Positions 8,534 through 13,408 of a stretch of 13,408 nt of DNA are shown piece by piece. The notes under the pieces are model-generated. The model saw only the letters and a list, made by a program, of their open reading frames with translations. It made no database searches and was not told the DNA's origin. The first letter of the stretch is position 1. Every line of letters starts with the position of its first letter. Made by a program: the position numbers and the translations under genes. Origin of the DNA: Atribacterota bacterium (GTDB lineage Bacteria; Atribacterota; Phoenicimicrobiia; Phoenicimicrobiales; Phoenicimicrobiaceae); contig JBBRDV010000034.1 of the NCBI GenBank assembly GCA_038203565.1, positions 1 to 13,408 on the forward strand. Direction: 5' to 3'.

Positions 8534-10249
8534 ATGTTATTTCAATTAAATATAAAGAATATGGCCTTAATAAAAGAATTAAATATTGAATTTGAGGAAG
8601 AATTAAACGTTTTAACCGGTGAGACCGGAGCCGGGAAATCTATTATCATAGAAGCAATAGATTTAATATTGGGAGGTTATGCCGCTTCTGATTTAATTCG
8701 AGACGGAGAAGATAGTTTAATGGTAGAAGCACTGTTTCTGTTGACTCCCCAAGAAAAAGAGCTAATAAATAATTTAAATTCTGACATAGAAATTGTTGAT
8801 GGACAGGGAGTTTTACTTATTAGGCGGGAAGTTAATAAAAAAGGACGGAATAAATGCTTGATTAATCAGCGGTTGATAAATTTATCCACACTTCAAGAGA
8901 TTGGTACATTTTTAGTTGATTTACACGGACAACATAATCATCAATCTCTTTTAGACCCTACCAAACATATTGATCTGATGGATAATCTGGGTGGAGATAA
9001 AATGATTAAATATAGAAAGGAATTATTTGATAATTATCGAAGATGGCGAGAAAAGAGAAAAAAGCTATTTCAATTATTAAAAGACAAAGAAGAAAATTTA
9101 AAAAAAATGGATTTTCTAAAATTTCAGCTAGAAGAAATAGATAAAACATCTTTAGTTAAAGATGAGGATAAGGCATTAGAAGAGGAAGAAATGGTTTTAA
9201 AAAATGCGGAAAAAATTATTGAAACCATGGAAAAAGCCAATTTTATTCTCTATGAAGGCGGATCCGAACAATCCTCAGTAAGAGATTCCTTAAACGAAGT
9301 TTCCGTAGATTTAGGAGAAATTGCTTCCTTGGACCGACGGATAGAAAAGATAAGAGAAAATTTGAAAGAAGTAGTATATCAATTTGAGGATATTGTGAAT
9401 GAAATTGTAAAATACAAAGATGGAATAGATTTGGATAGCCAAAAATTAAAAGAAGTTGAGGGTAGATTAAATCTGATTAATAGTTTAAAGAGTAAATATG
9501 GCTCTACTATAGAAGAAATATGGGAATATCGCCAAAAAATATATCAGGAATTAGAAGCCGTTGATTATAGCGAAGACAAATTAGAAAAATTAAAAGAAGA
9601 AGTTAATTCTCTGGAAGATATAATTTCCACCACTTCTCACCATCTAAATATAAATCGGAGAAAGATTGCTGAGGATTTACAAAAGATGGTGGTAAAAGAA
9701 TTAGAAGATTTAAACATGAAGAGATGTCAGTTTGAAGTTTCTATTAATTCTTACGAAGATGATAATGGAATAGAAATAGATGGTAAAAAATATAAGATAG
9801 GTCCAAAAGGGATTGATGATATTGAGTTTATGATTTCTCCTAACGTGGGAGAAAGACTACGTCCTTTAGCTCGAATTATCTCAGGAGGAGAGGTTTCGAG
9901 AATTATGTTAGCTTTGAAATCAATACTTTCGGAAGTAGATCAAGTTCCGACGCTAATCTTTGATGAAATTGACAGCGGGGTAGGTGCACGCTTGGGCGAG
10001 GTAATTGCTCAAAAATTGAAGACTCTTTCTACAAAAAGACAGGTAATTTGTGTAACTCACCTGCCTCAGATAGCCTGCAGGGCTGAGAGACATTTTTATA
10101 TTGAAAAGTATATTTTAAATAATCAAACTGGGATAAGGTTAAAAGAAATGGAAGGTGAAGAACGGGTTAAAGAGATTGCCCGTATGTTAGATGGAAGTCA
10201 GATGAGCGAGATTGCTATTCGGCATGCCCAAAAAATGTTAGATAGGTAA
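8534..10249 (+). CDS. recN: DNA repair protein RecN
   Basis: Walker A GETGAGKS, HGQH Q-loop, coiled coil, SGGE signature, FDEIDSG Walker B, THLPQIA, EIARML. Adjacent to nadK. Confidence 0.97.
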   Translation: MLFQLNIKNMALIKELNIEFEEELNVLTGETGAGKSIIIEAIDLILGGYAASDLIRDGEDSLMVEALFLLTPQEKELINNLNSDIEIVDGQGVLLIRREVNKKGRNKCLINQRLINLSTLQEIGTFLVDLHGQHNHQSLLDPTKHIDLMDNLGGDKMIKYRKELFDNYRRWREKRKKLFQLLKDKEENLKKMDFLKFQLEEIDKTSLVKDEDKALEEEEMVLKNAEKIIETMEKANFILYEGGSEQSSVRDSLNEVSVDLGEIASLDRRIEKIRENLKEVVYQFEDIVNEIVKYKDGIDLDSQKLKEVEGRLNLINSLKSKYGSTIEEIWEYRQKIYQELEAVDYSEDKLEKLKEEVNSLEDIISTTSHHLNINRRKIAEDLQKMVVKELEDLNMKRCQFEVSINSYEDDNGIEIDGKKYKIGPKGIDDIEFMISPNVGERLRPLARIISGGEVSRIMLALKSILSEVDQVPTLIFDEIDSGVGARLGEVIAQKLKTLSTKRQVICVTHLPQIACRAERHFYIEKYILNNQTGIRLKEMEGEERVKEIARMLDGSQMSEIAIRHAQKMLDR

Positions 10250-10291
10250 AATAGCGGATAGCAAAACTAGCGTGGAGTGTACAGCCTCCTC

Positions 10292-10319
10292 TGTCATTCC
10301 CACGAAAGTGGGAATCCAG
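10292..10319 (+). repeat. GTC-tagged palindromic element (dRS3/CGTC-REP type)
   Basis: TGTC-ATTCCCAC-GAAA-GTGGGAAT-CCAG fits ATTCCC-N8-GGGAAT. Confidence 0.75.
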
Positions 10320-10349
10320 GAGTTAGAATAAATTCGTATCGAGTATTTA

Positions 10350-10402
10350 GTAGGGGTTCGATTTATCGAACCCGTTTCGGGTCGGATAAATCCGACCCCT
10401 AC
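10350..10402. repeat. Inverted doublet of GTAG-type REP sequences (REPIN-like)
   Basis: GTAGGGGTTCGATTTATCGAACCCG (10350-10374), TTT spacer, then the reverse complement of GTAGGGGTCGGATTTATCCGACCCG (10378-10402). Confidence 0.8.
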
Positions 10403-10436
10403 AAGAGATAAGAAAGAAAAATAAGGTTGTTTATTT

Positions 10437-11906
10437 ATGAAAGAGAAGATTAATGCAAATAAAGATAAATGGCTGCAAGAAATTGTTACACAAAAAGAGA
10501 TTCAGAGCACCTTAAAGGCAATTATCCATTCTACCGATGATGCAATCTCAGTAGTAGATGAAAATGGTTTGCATACTATTATTAATCCTGCTTATACCCG
10601 GCTTACTGGTTTAATCGAAGAAGATGTTATAGGGAAACCACCTACTATTGATATTGCTGATGAGGGTGAAAGTATGCATTTAAAAGTACTGAGAACTAAG
10701 AAACCGGTACACGGAGTGAGAATGCGGGTTGGCCCTAACCGTAAAGAGGTCATTGTAAATGTAGCGCCGGTTATAGTAGAGGGGATTTTAAAAGGTAGTG
10801 TGGCGGCAATACATGATGTTTCGGAAATTGAATATTTAAATAGGGAGTTAAAGAGGATTAAACAAAGGGTCAGGCATTTAGAATCGAAATACACTTTTGA
10901 AGATATTGTAGGAAAAAGCAGGAGAATGATTCTCGCTAAAGAACAGGCCAGGAAAGTTGCTCAAACTCCCGCGACCGTTTTACTTCAGGGGGAAAGTGGA
11001 ACCGGGAAAGAACTCTTCGCTCACGCCATACATCATGTTAGCAAAAGAAAGAACCAACAATTTATTCGGGTAAACTGTTCTGCTTTAGTAGATACTTTAT
11101 TAGAGAGTGAACTATTTGGTTATGAGGGAGGTTCGTTTACCGGAGCCAAAAAGACCGGAAAGAAGGGACTGTTCGAAGAAGCCGACAAAGGGACTATATT
11201 TTTAGATGAAATTGGAGTGATGAGCCTGAATCTACAAGCTAAGTTATTGAGGGTGCTTCAAGAAAAAGAGATTATACGAGTAGGAGGAAGAAGTCCTATT
11301 AATGTGGATGTTAGGATAATCTCAGCTACTAATATTGATTTAAAAAATGCTGTAAAAGAAGGAAGATTCAGAGATGACCTTTATTACCGACTATATGTTA
11401 TTCCTATCTATATCCCTCCTTTAAGGGAGCGGAAAGAAGATATGTCTCTCCTGGTTAATAATTTAATAAGAAAATTTAATCAAGATTTTGGAAGAAATGT
11501 AAAAGGAATTTCACCGGAAGCATTAAATATATTAGGGGGTTATTCCTGGCCAGGGAATGTAAGGGAATTAGAAAATGTAATTGAAAGAGCAGTAATAAAT
11601 ATGAAATTAAGTGAAGGGTTAATTTCGCCTAAACATATTCCTCCTTTAACTGAATCAAATAAGGTTGAAGTGATTGAAGAAAAGACAATGATCAGTTCTG
11701 AACTTGATAATTTAATTGATTATAATTTAGATAAAGATAATTTAAAAAAGATAAAAGATGCTACGGAAAAGATAGCCCTTCTAAATGCTTTAAAATCTAC
11801 CAATGGGGATAGTCCAATGGCTGCAAACAAATTGGGAATCAGCCTGAGAAGTTTTTATTATAAAATCAAAAAGTATAATATTAAAAAGATATATGAATAC
11901 AAGTAG
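10437..11906 (+). CDS. Sigma-54-dependent transcriptional activator, PAS-AAA+-Fis HTH, BkdR-like
   Basis: PAS ([10 protein letters not shown]...[10 protein letters not shown]), [52 protein letters not shown]-terminal [19 protein letters not shown]. The PAS strongly recalls B. subtilis BkdR. Confidence 0.93.
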   Translation: MKEKINANKDKWLQEIVTQKEIQSTLKAIIHSTDDAISVVDENGLHTIINPAYTRLTGLIEEDVIGKPPTIDIADEGESMHLKVLRTKKPVHGVRMRVGPNRKEVIVNVAPVIVEGILKGSVAAIHDVSEIEYLNRELKRIKQRVRHLESKYTFEDIVGKSRRMILAKEQARKVAQTPATVLLQGESGTGKELFAHAIHHVSKRKNQQFIRVNCSALVDTLLESELFGYEGGSFTGAKKTGKKGLFEEADKGTIFLDEIGVMSLNLQAKLLRVLQEKEIIRVGGRSPINVDVRIISATNIDLKNAVKEGRFRDDLYYRLYVIPIYIPPLRERKEDMSLLVNNLIRKFNQDFGRNVKGISPEALNILGGYSWPGNVRELENVIERAVINMKLSEGLISPKHIPPLTESNKVEVIEEKTMISSELDNLIDYNLDKDNLKKIKDATEKIALLNALKSTNGDSPMAANKLGISLRSFYYKIKKYNIKKIYEYK

Positions 11907-11910
11907 AGGG

Positions 11911-11950
11911 CAATTTTCCAATTCTCCAATTCACCAATTAGCCAATTAAA
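11911..11950. repeat. Degenerate 8-mer tandem repeat, 5 units (CAATTnnn)
   Basis: CAATTTTC CAATTCTC CAATTCAC CAATTAGC CAATTAAA. Confidence 0.8.
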
Positions 11951-12079
11951 TTAGTCTTTCTTTCTTCTTTTTCCTTAATCAGCTAACCAGGCAACTTAAC
12001 TAATCTTAAACGAGATACGAATTTAGTTCCATGCTGTACGCCACCTATAATGAAATCATTGACAAAATATTGTATAAAA

Positions 12080-12103
12080 TGCAATAATATGCATAAATAT
12101 GCA
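12080..12103. promoter_or_regulatory. Putative upstream activating sequence for the sigma-54 activator
   Basis: TGCA at 12080, 12090 and 12100 (two overlapping TGCA-N6-TGCA, including the palindrome TGCATA-AA-TATGCA), about 100-125 bp upstream of the -24 element. Confidence 0.65.
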
Positions 12104-12202
12104 AATGAAAATAAAAATAAAAAATTATGATTTATTTCCTAAAAATTGCTTTTATTAACCAGTATAAGCTATTTTTTATTTTATTATTCTTGTTCTGTAA
12201 GT

Positions 12203-12218
12203 TGGCACAAAAATTGCT
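12203..12218 (+). promoter_or_regulatory. Sigma-54 -24/-12 promoter
   Basis: TGGCAC-AAAAA-TTGCT matches TGGCAC-N5-TTGCW, with GG at 12204-12205 and GC at 12216-12217. Lies downstream of an enhancer-binding protein gene. Confidence 0.9.
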
Positions 12219-12227
12219 TGTTTAATA

Positions 12228-12314
12228 AAGGAAAGACCACGGTTAGAACACACTTCAAATTTAGGAGCAGTTAGAGTATTAAAAGGCGATGAAGAAGCTT
12301 TGAAATATACATAA
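12228..12314 (+). pseudogene. buk: Collapsed remnant of a butyrate / branched-chain acyl kinase (buk-like) gene
   Basis: Startless frame KERPRLEHTSNLGAVRVLKGDEEALKYT* joins the Buk internal motif EH(A)SNLG to the Buk C-terminal pattern GA(L)RVLxGEE..Y*. Confidence 0.7.
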
Positions 12315-12347
12315 AGTAATAAGTAAAAAATAAAAGGAGTGAATGTA

Positions 12348-13408
12348 ATGTCGATAAATACAGAAGAATTTTATTCTATTTTAGCCTCCAGAATGGAAGG
12401 TTCAGTTATTCGGGAGATTTTGAAGTTAGTTCAAAATCCGGAAGTGATATCTTTAGCAGGAGGCATGCCGGATCCCGTAACTTTCCCGGTAGAAGATATA
12501 AAGAAAATAACCCAGAAGGTATTAAGTAAAAATAGCGCTCGAGCCTTACAATATAGTACCACTGAAGGATTACCCGAATTAAGAAAATGTATTTTAGACC
12601 ATTTAGCAAAAGATGGTAATAATGGAGAGTTAGAAAATATAATTATTAGTTCTGGTTCACAGCAAGGATTAGATTTAGTTGGCAAAACATTTTTAAACCC
12701 CGGAGATGTTGCGATAGTTGAATTACCCAGTTATTTAGCTGCTTTAAACGCTTTTCATAGTTATGGAGGAGAATTAGCAGGTATACCTATGGATGACGAA
12801 GGTATGCAGATGGATATATTAGAGGAAAAACTTACCCAGCTTAAAAACGAAGCTAAAAAAGTTAAGTTCATATATACTATTTCCAATTTTCAAAATCCTG
12901 CAGGAGCAACCATGTCCCTGGCTCGACGAAAGAAAATAATCGAAATTGCTCATAAATTTAATCTATTTATCGTAGAAGATAATCCTTATGAAAAACTCAG
13001 ATTCGAAGGAGAACCAATTCCCTCTATATATTCTTTGGATAATAATGGATTGGTTATTAGTTTAGGAACCTTCTCTAAGATATTATGCCCGGGGCTGCGA
13101 TTAGCTTGGGTGTTAGGTAATAAAGATATAATAAGCAAGATGGCCATATTGAAACAAGCAGCCGATTTATGTTCCAGTATCTTTAACCAATTAATTTCTT
13201 ATGAGTATTGTAAATCAGGTAAATTAGAAGAAAATATCAGATCTAATATTCAAATTTATAAGAAAAAAAGAGATATAATGCTGAATGCTTTAGATAAATA
13301 TTTTCCACAAGAGGTTACCTGGACTAAACCGCAAGGTGGATTTTTTGTAATGGCTACTTTGCCTGAATACATAGATACCGGAGAAATGTTTAAAGAAGCA
13401 ATTGAAGA
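12348..13408 (+). CDS. PLP-dependent class I/II aminotransferase (LysN/Aro8-like), 3' end outside window
   Basis: Not in the ORF track because there is no stop in the window. RBS AAGGAG 12334-12339. Reads MSINTEEFYS...SVIREILK...ISLAGGMPDP...LQYSTTEG...SGSQQGLDL...NFQNPAG...EDNPY...GTFSKILCPGLR (PLP lysine)...PQGGFF. Confidence 0.93.
   Translation, partial: MSINTEEFYSILASRMEGSVIREILKLVQNPEVISLAGGMPDPVTFPVEDIKKITQKVLSKNSARALQYSTTEGLPELRKCILDHLAKDGNNGELENIIISSGSQQGLDLVGKTFLNPGDVAIVELPSYLAALNAFHSYGGELAGIPMDDEGMQMDILEEKLTQLKNEAKKVKFIYTISNFQNPAGATMSLARRKKIIEIAHKFNLFIVEDNPYEKLRFEGEPIPSIYSLDNNGLVISLGTFSKILCPGLRLAWVLGNKDIISKMAILKQAADLCSSIFNQLISYEYCKSGKLEENIRSNIQIYKKKRDIMLNALDKYFPQEVTWTKPQGGFFVMATLPEYIDTGEMFKEAIE

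Noticed and set aside
10250..10285. Degenerate TAGC-containing short repeats after recN
   Set aside because: Too few and too irregular to call.
10290..10402. CRISPR array or tRNA (GGTTCGATT resembles a T-loop)
   Set aside because: No repeat-spacer periodicity, cas genes or cloverleaf. Better explained as REP-type palindromes.
576..12685. Minus-strand ORFs in the track (576-806, 2030-2218, 4118-4405, 5060-5413, 5792-6019, 6098-6403, 7651-7872, 8045-8251, 10592-10894, 12406-12609, 12431-12685)
   Set aside because: All are antisense shadows of well-supported + strand genes and show no recognisable motifs.

Overview
AT-rich bacterial window with all full-length genes on the + strand. Gene order is Firmicutes-like; the lineage cannot be fixed from sequence alone. 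Positions 1-450 look like the right junction of an island integrated at a tmRNA/tRNA 3' end: a truncated RelE-like toxin, a strong hairpin, a short minus-strand coding tail running through GCCTCCACCA, and a second hairpin. Core genes follow: glnS (GC-richer than its neighbours), an AI-2E permease, an AMIN/Amidase_3 amidase, a GerMN protein, a divergent PAP2, tlyA, an uncharacterised two-TM PD-(D/E)XK nuclease coupled to nadK, and recN. A spacer with two kinds of palindromic repeat precedes a BkdR-like sigma-54 activator. After it lie phased TGCA sites, a consensus -24/-12 promoter, an apparent collapsed butyrate kinase relic, and a PLP aminotransferase that is missing from the ORF track and runs off the window. 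Best leads: the att site that appears to split an integrase C-terminus, the membrane-anchored nuclease, and the buk scar. Family assignments are from motif recognition, with no database searches.
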